A stretch of DNA of 64,000 bases, taken from assembly GCF_045037415.1 (NCBI RefSeq), contig NZ_CP173440.1. One strand, 5' to 3'. This document shows, piece by piece, positions 10,389-19,375 of this stretch. Both the position numbers and the translations under genes were made by a program. A model generated the notes under the pieces. That model had not been told where the DNA came from, ran no database searches, and saw only the letters and a list, made by a program, of their open reading frames with translations. How positions within the stretch are numbered: position 1 is the stretch's first letter; each line of letters opens with the position of its first letter. The DNA comes from Escherichia coli. GTDB taxonomy: Bacteria > Pseudomonadota > Gammaproteobacteria > Enterobacterales > Enterobacteriaceae.

Positions 10389-10600
10389 CATCGCCAGAAA
10401 TGGCGATGCGAGATCCAGGGCAGGGCGGCCGCCATCGTCAGACCTGGCGATGGTCGACGCCGGCGCGCATCGTCGGATGTGGCGATGCGAGCTCGAGGTC
10501 GGTGGCCACCGCCGGCGACCTGGTGCCATCGTCGGCAATGGCGATGCTGCAGCTCGACGTGCGCGGCCTGGTCGTCTCGGCATCGTCGGATGCGGCGATG
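10389..10600. promoter_or_regulatory. Five 20-bp palindromic boxes CATCGYC-N6-GGCGATG upstream of the resolvase gene
   Basis: The boxes lie at 10389-10408, 10433-10452, 10468-10487, 10527-10546 and 10581-10600. Confidence 0.5.
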
Positions 10601-10842
10601 CTCGAGCGAGGCGAAAAAAAACCGCCTCGGGGTGTCCGAGGCGGCAAGTCTGCATGCGGTTCAGGGAGGAAGAAACCGCGCCGGCGATCAGGGAGGAAAA
10701 CCGCGCGGCCTGATGTGCAGCTCGGCCACTTTAGCCGGATTTTTCGACTTATCCGATGCGAGCGGCCCGCCGTGGGCGCTGCTCGATCTGCTGTTGCTTT
10801 TTCTCGACGTGCTTCTGCTCCTGGTGCTGCTGCTCGTCGCGC

Positions 10843-11662
10843 GGCACTGTTGCAAAGTTAGCGATGAGGCAGCCTTTTGTCTTATTCAAAGGCCTTACAT
10901 TTCAAAAACTCTGCTTACCAGGCGCATTTCGCCCAGGGGATCACCATAATAAAATGCTGAGGCCTGGCCTTTGCGTAGTGCACGCATCACCTCAATACCT
11001 TTGATGGTGGCGTAAGCCGTCTTCATGGATTTAAATCCCAGCGTGGCGCCGATTATCCGTTTCAGTTTGCCATGATCGCATTCAATCACGTTGTTCCGGT
11101 ACTTAATCTGTCGGTGTTCAACGTCAGACGGGCACCGGCCTTCGCGTTTGAGCAGAGCAAGCGCGCGACCATAGGCGGGCGCTTTATCCGTGTTGATGAA
11201 TCGCGGGATCTGCCACTTCTTCACGTTGTTGAGGATTTTACCCAGAAACCGGTATGCAGCTTTGCTGTTACGACGGGAGGAGAGATAAAAATCGACAGTG
11301 CGGCCCCGGCTGTCGACGGCCCGGTACAGATACGCCCAGCGGCCATTGACCTTCACGTAGGTTTCATCCATGTGCCACGGGCAAAGATCGGAAGGGTTAC
11401 GCCAGTACCAGCGCAGCCGTTTTTCCATTTCAGGCGCATAACGCTGAACCCAGCGGTAAATCGTGGAGTGATCGACATTCACTCCGCGTTCAGCCAGCAT
11501 CTCCTGCAGCTCACGGTAACTGATGCCGTATTTGCAGTACCAGCGTACGGCCCACAGAATGATGTCACGCTGAAAATGCCGGCCTTTGAATGGGTTCATG
11601 TGCAGCTCCATCAGCAAAAGGGGATGATAAGTTTATCACCACCGACTATTTGCAACAGTGCC
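10843..11662 (-). mobile_element. IS26 (copy 2, inverted relative to copy 1)
   Basis: GGCACTGTTGCAAA at 10843 and TTTGCAACAGTGCC ending at 11662. Its transposase protein is identical to copy 1's in the ORF track, so it appears to be the same IS. Confidence 0.97.
10895..11599 (-). CDS. tnpA: IS26 transposase Tnp26
   Basis: Same protein as at 4016-4720. Confidence 0.95.
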   Translation of the reverse strand: MNPFKGRHFQRDIILWAVRWYCKYGISYRELQEMLAERGVNVDHSTIYRWVQRYAPEMEKRLRWYWRNPSDLCPWHMDETYVKVNGRWAYLYRAVDSRGRTVDFYLSSRRNSKAAYRFLGKILNNVKKWQIPRFINTDKAPAYGRALALLKREGRCPSDVEHRQIKYRNNVIECDHGKLKRIIGATLGFKSMKTAYATIKGIEVMRALRKGQASAFYYGDPLGEMRLVSRVFEM

Positions 11663-13180
11663 CTTTCGACTACCTCCCCTCAAAGCCATATCACGTACGT
11701 TAATCCTGACTTCATTAAAATCAGTGGTTTCACTGAGGAAGAACTATTAGGCCAGCCTCACAACATCGTAAGACACCCAGATATGCCGCCTGCTGCATTT
11801 GAGCATATGTGGAGTACATTAAAATCTGGCCGCTCATGGATGGGGCTAGTAAAAAATCGCTGTAAAAATGGCGACCACTATTGGGTAAGTGCTTATGTAA
11901 CGCCAATAGCTAAGAATGGTTCGATTGTTGAATACCAGTCTGTAAGGACCAAGCCTGAACCTGAGCAGGTTTTGGCTGCGGAAAAATTATATGCTCAATT
12001 GAGAAGCGGGAAGGCCGCGAGGCCGAAATTGGCTGCTAGCTTTTCCGTGAAAATACTCTTGCTCATATGGGGTAGTATTATATCAAGCGCAATGGCTGCC
12101 GGCATGCTTACTGATACATCAATAAGCAGCTTATTGTTAGCCACTTTAATGTCAGGAAGCTTAAGCTCTGTTAGTGTTTTGGCTATTCTCTCTCCTCTTG
12201 GAAGACTGGTTGAAAGAGCCAGGAATATTTCCAATAACCCATTAAGTCAATCCCTCTACACTGGGCGCACCGATGAGTTTGGCCAAATAGAGTTTGCTTT
12301 ACGAATGATGCAAGCTGAAACAGGCGCCATAGTAGGTCGCATAGGTGATGCATCAAATCGGCTTAGCGAACACACCCGAGGCCTACTAAAGGATATTGAG
12401 TCAAGCAATGTACTTACAGTTGAGCAGCAGGCAGAGACAGATCAAATAGCAACGGCAGTAAACCAAATGGTGGCAAGCATTCAAGAGGTTGCGAGCAATG
12501 CACAGCATGCTGCAGATGCGGCCGGAAGAGCAGACACTGAGACGGCATCTGGCCAGCGTCTGGTAGCCCACACAAGCCAGTCAATCACTGCCCTTGAAGG
12601 TGAAATTAGGCAAGCCACTCAGGTTATTCATGAGCTTGAAGGTCAAAGTAACGAGATATCAAAAGTTCTTGACGTTATACGAGGGATCGCCGAGCAAACG
12701 AATTTGTTGGCACTCAACGCAGCAATTGAGGCCGCGCGTGCTGGTGAGCAGGGGCGTGGTTTTGCTGTTGTCGCCGATGAGGTTCGCAGTCTTGCTGCTC
12801 GCACACAGCAATCGACAACGGATATTCAAAGCATGATCAGCGCTCTACAAGAGCGAGCGCAATCCGCTGTTACAGTCATGGAGCAAAGTAGTCGGCAAGC
12901 GCACACGAGTGTAGCTCACGCAGAGGAAGCAGCTACAGCTCTTGATGGAATTGGCCAACGCGTTAACGAAATTACCGACATGAACGCGCAAATAGCGACT
13001 GCGGTCGAGCAGCAGGGAGCAGTAAGTGAAGACATAAACCGCAGTATTATCAATATACGCGATGCTGCTGATACCAATGTACAGACCGGGCAGAATAATT
13101 TGCAAAGTGCGAAATCTGTCGCTCAGTTAACTAGCGCTCTGAGCGAACTGGCAAAACAGTTTTGGGAAAAACGAGGATAA
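11663..13180 (+). pseudogene. PAS-domain methyl-accepting chemotaxis protein, 5' end removed by IS26
   Basis: After the IS26 end the frame reads ...[41 protein letters not shown] (PAS). Two TM segments, a HAMP region and an MCP signalling domain ([31 protein letters not shown]) follow. The ORF-track N-terminus (11072-11662) is antisense IS26. Confidence 0.85.
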
Positions 13181-13200
13181 CGCTTTTCAGTATCTCGACA

Positions 13201-13234
13201 GGGATAACTTACTTTACCATCGGTTATCCCTTTT
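13201..13234 (+). terminator. Rho-independent terminator after the MCP gene
   Basis: GGGATAAC (13201-08) pairs with GTTATCCC (13223-30), followed by TTTT. Confidence 0.55.
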
Positions 13235-13450
13235 AGCCGCACAAATTTTAGCCATGGCTTTTCAGGAAGTCAGGGCTATCAGAATGGCCTTAGAAAGCCT
13301 AGTCAAAGAGCTGTCACGAGAACACCGTTAGCTTAGCGTACGATTTTTTCCGAATTCTGCGGTTCCCCCTTTCATGGCTTTTCAGCTGAGTAATTCTCTC
13401 AATAAGCCATCTGAAATTACTGTATGACATTCTATCCTCTACAAGACATT

Positions 13451-14446
13451 TTAATCATTTGTGTTTGGTAATAAATTTAAAAGTTCGCCAGGTAATGTCT
13501 CGTCTTCTAGTAGCATAAAGTTCCCATCCAGAAACTCTAAGTTAATATATTCTCTGTATAGTTGAATATACTGATTAATGGTGTAACATAAGTTATTACA
13601 GATGATGCTACAGTTTTCTCCCCATAAGTCGTGCTCTTTCTGAAGGTTTTCATGCATTTCATAGGGTTCATTTTTTTTCCAGCTTTTTAAAACCATATAT
13701 CCTCTTCGCCCCATTTCCATATATCTAAACTCCATGAAATGTTTTTCAAGAGCAAGAATCCATGGGTACATTGCTTCAATTGCTTCTTTAAAACCCGGAA
13801 TATCATACGTTTGTTGATTACAAATGCCGACAATTTTCCTCAAATCCCTTAAAGTATCAGCTTCAATATAATTGGCAGACAAATTAGTGACAAAGAGGCC
13901 TGGCTGATCTAAAGGTAAATGCCTGACTAGGTAGTTATGTATAACCATTTCTTTCTTATATGAGGGCGTCTCGACATTCAAAAATGTTTTTAACTTTGAT
14001 GCTGGTAATTTCATTGCTAAACGGTGAAGGCTCGAAGAGCTGAAAACATCTGCGTGTTCTAACTTATAATCTTCTTTAATTTTCGCAAGAGTGGTATATA
14101 TCTCTTTTGGAAACCCCTGTTCTTTATCATTGATAACCGCATAAAAAACTTTAAACTCGCAAGACTCATTCCATGATTCTTTTATTTTTTCAACATCTGC
14201 TTTCATTTTTTTTATTGCAAATTTTATTGTTTCGCGATTTAATTCCTCCGGAGCGTATACTTGATAATATTCCCCTCGCTCTGGAATATAACCATCGTTA
14301 CCGCCATCACCTTTTCTTCCCCAAGGTTTGACCTTCCTGAATTTTTCAGGGTAAGATAACTCCATTACGGTTTCAAATAGTCTTTGATATTCTACACCGT
14401 TGCTACGGAGTATTTCTAAACGCATACGTGCCCAAAAATCTGACAT
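13451..14446 (-). CDS. Hypothetical 331-aa protein (possible nuclease-like N-terminus)
   Basis: Long AT-rich ORF. The N-terminal segment KGDGGNDGYIPERGEYYQVYAPEE resembles the glycine-aspartate loop of Mrr-type PD-(D/E)xK cores but lacks the lysine. No firm family call. Confidence 0.5.
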   Translation of the reverse strand: MSDFWARMRLEILRSNGVEYQRLFETVMELSYPEKFRKVKPWGRKGDGGNDGYIPERGEYYQVYAPEELNRETIKFAIKKMKADVEKIKESWNESCEFKVFYAVINDKEQGFPKEIYTTLAKIKEDYKLEHADVFSSSSLHRLAMKLPASKLKTFLNVETPSYKKEMVIHNYLVRHLPLDQPGLFVTNLSANYIEADTLRDLRKIVGICNQQTYDIPGFKEAIEAMYPWILALEKHFMEFRYMEMGRRGYMVLKSWKKNEPYEMHENLQKEHDLWGENCSIICNNLCYTINQYIQLYREYINLEFLDGNFMLLEDETLPGELLNLLPNTND

Positions 14447-14707
14447 ATAAAAATTTCCTCGAAAATAGCAGATCTCTAATGTTTATCTATTCCTTATCAT
14501 CTTTTATTGGGAAAAACAACCTCAACGCATTAACTACCGAAAGTAAGCTTAAACGGGTGTGAAGGCCGTAACCATTTCCATCCAGATATAGCGAGACCAT
14601 TGTTCACATCCCACAACTGAACGAGGCCCAATTTAGCAATCCACCACGCAGAGAAAGTAAAGGAATCTTATGGCATAGATGCACGTAAGTGGTAAGGTAC
14701 TGGGCAT

Positions 14708-15625
14708 CTACAAAACCTTATTTCTAAGCCATCGAGCCAGTCCGGTGTCCAGTATGAGTTCGGCAAGCCTGATGGGGCCAATCATAGTGACTCCTTCAGC
14801 ACGAAGGTCCTCACTCAATGTCCCTCGATGCCAGACAAAGAACATTCGAGCATAGCTGTCACTGGTCTGGAACAGTGACAGATACTCAGAGAATACAGAC
14901 GGGTCAGCAACAGACTTCACTTGCACAAATGCCCGTTCGCCGGTAGTGGGCAGTTCAAGCTCAATGTCTACGGTCTTCTGTGTCCTCCCAAGGCACCCGG
15001 TTCTTCTCCATCCGCTGGCGGAAAAAATCAGATCTACCAGCAATTCAAAGTCCTGCCAGGTAAGTAAACTACACAGCCTCGTAATAGCCTTAAGGTACTG
15101 AGCTTCAGCAATATCCGCGTCTTTGATTTCCGGCGATTGCTCGTCGTTAATTTTCCGCAGGGCGTAATCGGCCAAACGCACATCGCAGATGGTACCCCGG
15201 TAACTCTGTGTAGCGAGCAAAGCACCGCTAAGGACGCTGTGGGAGAGAAGGTTTCCGGCCAGACTATGGTTGTGCCATCCGTTCACAGTGGGGCGGATCC
15301 TGCTGCCATCATCCAGTTCTGTGACTTCCCCGGAAGGCTGACACCAATACAATAATCCCTGGCTGAAAGTTATGAACAGCATATCGGGGGTGGCTGTGTA
15401 AAATGTCCTTATCTGCCTGACATCACTGGTGGCAGTGGACTGGTTATATTTCCTCTCTTCTAACCAGACTTTATTGACTTCTTCCCACTTTCCCTCAAGA
15501 CACATCTGATGGGGTGTTTTGTCGTAACCAAACCTAATAATGCCAGATGTCAGGCACTCACGTTCCCATTCGCCTCCCTCTCCCAGCTTGATGTATTTAA
15601 CTGCAGTAGCCCGAATCTTTTCCAA
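14708..15625 (-). CDS. Restriction-endonuclease-fold (Mrr_cat-like) protein with an unknown N-terminal domain
   Basis: C-terminal region WQDFELLVDLIFSASGWRR...QKTVDIELELPTTGERAFVQVK fits the Mrr-type D...(E/Q)xK nuclease pattern. Confidence 0.55.
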   Translation of the reverse strand: MEKIRATAVKYIKLGEGGEWERECLTSGIIRFGYDKTPHQMCLEGKWEEVNKVWLEERKYNQSTATSDVRQIRTFYTATPDMLFITFSQGLLYWCQPSGEVTELDDGSRIRPTVNGWHNHSLAGNLLSHSVLSGALLATQSYRGTICDVRLADYALRKINDEQSPEIKDADIAEAQYLKAITRLCSLLTWQDFELLVDLIFSASGWRRTGCLGRTQKTVDIELELPTTGERAFVQVKSVADPSVFSEYLSLFQTSDSYARMFFVWHRGTLSEDLRAEGVTMIGPIRLAELILDTGLARWLRNKVL

Positions 15626-15713
15626 AATACAATCACTCCGTTAAACGAATATCCAGACAGAATAGGAGGTTCTGTCCAGCGCCCACAAAAAAGCCACTTT
15701 CGCGGGGTGTGTC

Positions 15714-16046
15714 TTATTTTTTCGCGACCAGATGAACACCTTCCGCTTTATCGGCGGCCAGCTGAATAAGCCCATCATACTCTTCAATCACATGATCATG
15801 ACCATGTACGGACCACTCACAGCTCTGACATTTAATCCCAAACCGCACCTCTCCGGAGTCGCAGCTCACTACTATAACCTTTGACAGACACCCACTGGGT
15901 TTCACGTTGTACTGAAGCTCGGCGTTCATATCAAACCAAACTTTATCGATACGAGTCTGTAGCTTCGCCTGAAAATCCGGGCGTGTTTCCGCCATCCTGA
16001 CGGCTTCAACAGATAATACCTTATATTTGCCCTGCTGAAGTGGCAC
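15714..16046 (-). CDS. Hypothetical 110-aa protein
   Basis: ORF only. It contains CxxC...H-rich segments (IKCQSCEWSVHGHDH). Confidence 0.35.
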   Translation of the reverse strand: MPLQQGKYKVLSVEAVRMAETRPDFQAKLQTRIDKVWFDMNAELQYNVKPSGCLSKVIVVSCDSGEVRFGIKCQSCEWSVHGHDHVIEEYDGLIQLAADKAEGVHLVAKK

Positions 16047-16407
16047 GCCAGGCCAGCGGCGTATGGCGGTGTCTGTCCAGAGACGGGAGTTCTTAAGTTG
16101 GTAGACGGTGATCCATTTTTCTGACCATTCATAAAATTTCTGGCATAGCAGCTTCTACAGCAAACTTTCGGTCACCAATTAAATCCCCTGGATTTTACCC
16201 ATACCTGCTCTTCCCTGGAATGTCGTTAATATCCACGGTATCAGGTCAGAGCTGTAACGACCAGCAGCGCCAGTGGAAATAGTCCGGCCAGTACCGGCTC
16301 CTTACCCCGGATTGATGTCTACTGTATGCGATAAATTTGGGAAAAACTGGCGATGGCCATTCTTCTGATTCTGATCGCCGGCAAGCGTGTCAGGTAGCAA
16401 AAGAGCG

Positions 16408-16606
16408 AACGTAAGACAACATACCCTTGAGGGTCCTGACCTTCAACGTGCCCGACCCGGCCCCCGCCGCGCGGACGAAAAAAAGAGAAAAAATAAAAAA
16501 AAAGAAAAAAAGAATATGCCGAAAATGTGCACAGTCGCGACCCACGCAGAGCGTGGCGCTCCGGGGCAAAGGCTTTGCAGGACTATAAGGCATGTTGTCT
16601 TACGTT
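16408..16606. repeat. 15-bp perfect inverted repeat enclosing a GC-rich hairpin and a ~38-nt polypurine tract
   Basis: AACGTAAGACAACAT (16408-16422) and ATGTTGTCTTACGTT (16592-16606). The A/G-only run at 16477-16514 has a single T. Confidence 0.7.
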
Positions 16607-17109
16607 TTGAGTGTGATGGTTACGAGCCCACCAGCTTTCATGAATTGTCCCGCCGGGTGGACTGCTATAAAGTGCATACCAGCACTGCAGCCCCTGCCGG
16701 TGATGAAGAATAATTCCGTTCAGGCGAGTATTGAGCAAGACCTTTACTACGTATTAAAACCTGGTACTCCGGGATGACGATGCCTGAGGTGCTTACCACC
16801 GGGAGAAGCAATTCGTTTATGGCGCCAGCAGCTGGTACCTGGCAGAGTTAAGTTCTTATCGCAAAGGATGATAAAAATGAGCCATGGCAAATGTGAGCCG
16901 ACAAACACGAATGCCGCCGATTACAAGCTGTACGCGCGATTCGATGCTGGTGAAACGCTTGAAAGCGTTTTAGCCTCTCCTCCGACCACGAAGCACAATA
17001 AAGTAACTTCTGAAGGAAACATCAGGACTGAACACAGAATGTGGATAGCGTGGAGAAAGAAGCATCCCAGACCACTCTGATTATCAGTGACGATTAATAA
17101 GGATAAAAC

Positions 17110-17424
17110 ATGCGAACGACAAGTATCACCCTGTGTCTGGTTTTGGCGAGTTTTGGTGTATCCGCTAAAATCCTTGCAGACCCAGACCTTACTTACCAGG
17201 CAAATAAAACGTGTGCTAAACGAGATGAACTGGAACTGAAAGTCCCTTTAGAAGCCAATAATCCCTACTCTCCCACATGGGGTTTGGACAAGGGCATGGT
17301 GCAGGCCACAATTGACGCACTGAAAGAAAATCCAGACATCGCCCCGACTGACTCTGTAGCCTGCCAACAGGCTGCAATAAAACAGTATCGGGCTGGGCAA
17401 AAACACTACAGTAAGCTCAGGTAG
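17110..17424 (+). CDS. Small secreted protein (104 aa)
   Basis: N-terminal signal peptide MRTTSITLCLVLASFGVSAKILA, with an AAGGA-like RBS upstream. Confidence 0.5.
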   Translation: MRTTSITLCLVLASFGVSAKILADPDLTYQANKTCAKRDELELKVPLEANNPYSPTWGLDKGMVQATIDALKENPDIAPTDSVACQQAAIKQYRAGQKHYSKLR

Positions 17425-17629
17425 CTGCCGTGATGCCCACCAGCTGAAACCTGTGTGTGGTATAAAAACCCCGTAGCGCTGGTGCAAAACAGACCAGCGC
17501 ATTCCAGTTCTCAATCCCCTTCTGTGATGTAGGCCCCTGTCGCATTCAGACCTGAATAACCGTGCAGGGAAACATGTCAGTAAGCCATCTGGATACAAAA
17601 ACTGGTGGTATAGCCACTTTAGCTTAAAG

Positions 17630-17649
17630 CTAATGTATGCGTACATTAG
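17630..17649. promoter_or_regulatory. 20-bp hairpin palindrome CTAATGTA-TGCG-TACATTAG
   Basis: 8-bp perfect arms, just downstream of the 160-aa gene. It is a twin of 18171-18190. Confidence 0.6.
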
Positions 17650-17666
17650 TTTTAAGTTTATGTTAT

Positions 17667-18149
17667 TTACCCTTCTCCCTTCCTGGATGCCTTAACCTGG
17701 GTCTGATAGTTGCGCTTTACCCGCTCAATTTCCGCCAGAGTTGCCGCCCAGTGCAGCCCTGCGGCGTGACGATATCTGGTTGCCATTTTTTCAACGGCCT
17801 CCGGAGTGCTGTCATCGCTGCGGTGCTGCCGTCCCTTCACCCCGAAAATTTCCACTATAAGCCACTGGCTACCGGTTCTGCCGAACAAGGCCTGACACAG
17901 CCGCCTCACGGCAAGCGGGGTCAGATCCGGGTCGGGATCATACGCGATGGTGGCAAAAATAAAACGCAGCATCTCAGAGGTTTTGTAGCGTTTTACCGCT
18001 GCCGCCAGCCGGGCAGCTCTTTGCGGCGCTTCCCAGCGGTCGTCGCTGTAACCTGCCACTTCAGAGAGATAGTCCTTCTCGAGTTGTTTAGCCGTGTAGC
18101 AACGTCCCCCCAAAAACATCCGCATAGCTTCTTTCGTTTCAGCTCTCAC
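17667..18149 (-). CDS. Hypothetical 160-aa protein bracketed by twin palindromes
   Basis: GC-richer ORF with no family recognised. Confidence 0.5.
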   Translation of the reverse strand: MRAETKEAMRMFLGGRCYTAKQLEKDYLSEVAGYSDDRWEAPQRAARLAAAVKRYKTSEMLRFIFATIAYDPDPDLTPLAVRRLCQALFGRTGSQWLIVEIFGVKGRQHRSDDSTPEAVEKMATRYRHAAGLHWAATLAEIERVKRNYQTQVKASRKGEG

Positions 18150-18170
18150 GAATCTTGTCCTCAGCCAAAG

Positions 18171-18190
18171 CTAATGTACGCATACATTAG
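18171..18190. promoter_or_regulatory. 20-bp hairpin palindrome CTAATGTA-CGCA-TACATTAG
   Basis: Same arms as 17630-17649 but with the 4-nt centre inverted. It lies 22 bp upstream of the 160-aa gene start. Confidence 0.6.
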
Positions 18191-19095
18191 CATTAAGTAT
18201 CCGGTTCAACAAAAATCAGGAAACCGATCTGATTTAGTGCATGTGGCTGTCTCTTTTGGATTATCGCTTTTGCGTTATGGTATACAGGTTACCCCTCCCC
18301 CTCTTTTCCCGCTGGTCTACTGTAGTCGACACAAAAGACAGGAACTGCGGTATGTCCTGATAATATTGTTTGAGTTTTAATCACGAAGCAGAGGGTATCG
18401 CATACAGTAGACACAACGCAGCCAGAATAACGCTCGATGTAAAATTTAGATCGTTGTCGCCTGCAGTAGACATTCCTGGTATCGACTCTGGTGCATCCAA
18501 TACTGACCCGTTCCCGGATCATGGCAGAGCATCCAGTAGACACGGTATGGAAGGACGTCAGTCCTCACCTTTCCGTCTGTTTTGACTGTGTCGGAGACGA
18601 CGGTTGCGGTTATTGTTGATGCCTTTGGCCGTCAGGTGAATACCTGTCAGTCAGGTAACTCTGTCGTTACATTTGATGCCCGAAAATCATAATTACCACA
18701 TATTAATCCGGGCATTCCGGAAAATTGTACCTGCCTGAAGAGTATCAAACGATACCTGTCTCCCCTCCTCTGAATTATCTGCTCAGTCGAGAACCTTGAC
18801 GATCGGGTGATTCAGTTTCGGCAAATGGCAGCATGATAATGTCAGCCAACAGCGTGCTGGTGAATTTATTGTCGGGCCAGACGAATTCTGTTTGTCACTG
18901 CATACTGCATGCCGGGCAGAGGAGTGAACAACGATCGAACTGAAACAGTTGCAGCGTCGTATGGAGAAAGAATGGGTTGGTTTCAGGCGGTGCTTCGGTC
19001 GGTTTCAAACAGTGTCTGACCGACTTCTGGTAAGTTTCTCCCTTGCTGTCTGGTGATTCTGTCTTGCCCGGATTGTTGACTATTGATGATGGTGT

Positions 19096-19345
19096 TTATC
19101 CACAGCTTAGAATAATAACAGAAGCTTAACTAAAGCTAAGAAAAGGACAAAAAAGACTAATAAAAGAATAACGTTTTAGTGAGGCCTTGAACTACGGGGC
19201 TCTCAGGCCATCTCTGTCAACGCTGGCGGGTATTCTATCATTGCTGGCGGGTGAACCATCATCGCCAGAGGGTATACCATCAACGCTAACGGGGCAATTA
19301 TCATCGCCAGAGGGTAGATTTTATCAACGCCAGCGGGTAATCTGG
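19096..19345. other. oriV-like region: DnaA box, AT-rich tract and six 21-bp iterons
   Basis: A perfect TTATCCACA sits at 19096-19104, followed by an AT-rich stretch at ~19105-19180. Iterons with core TCAaCGCyrGcGGG start at 19217, 19238, 19259, 19280, 19301 and 19324. A near DnaA box (ATATCCACA) lies at ~19351. Confidence 0.75.
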
Positions 19346-19375
19346 TAAAAATATCCACATCCGGGATTTTATAAA

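Noticed and set aside
6142-10949. Many overlapping ORFs of 60-240 aa in and around sul2, glmM', ISCR2 and the resolvase region.
   Set aside because: High-GC DNA produces long spurious frames. They overlap recognised genes on the opposite strand or in other frames and have no motifs.
3841-11720. Apparent continuity of the MCP N-terminus across the IS26 pair (...RVNATK | [12 protein letters not shown] resembles the PAS-MCP pattern ...ATLxSTTD).
   Set aside because: The left-hand frame has no start codon after its upstream stop, and no 8-bp duplication links the two junctions. The left flank is more plausibly armA-upstream DNA. Treated as coincidence.
16387-16713. A 108-aa ORF with a KKRKNKKKEKK stretch, and the idea that the A-run is a retroelement poly(A) tail.
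   Set aside because: The lysine run is just the translated polypurine tract. There is no RBS and no adjacent RT or target-site duplication, so I report only the structural oddity.
17248-18380. 132-aa and 247-aa ORFs overlapping the secreted-protein gene and the 160-aa gene.
   Set aside because: They are opposite-strand or alternative-frame overlaps of better-supported genes. They cross the twin palindromes and have no coding features.
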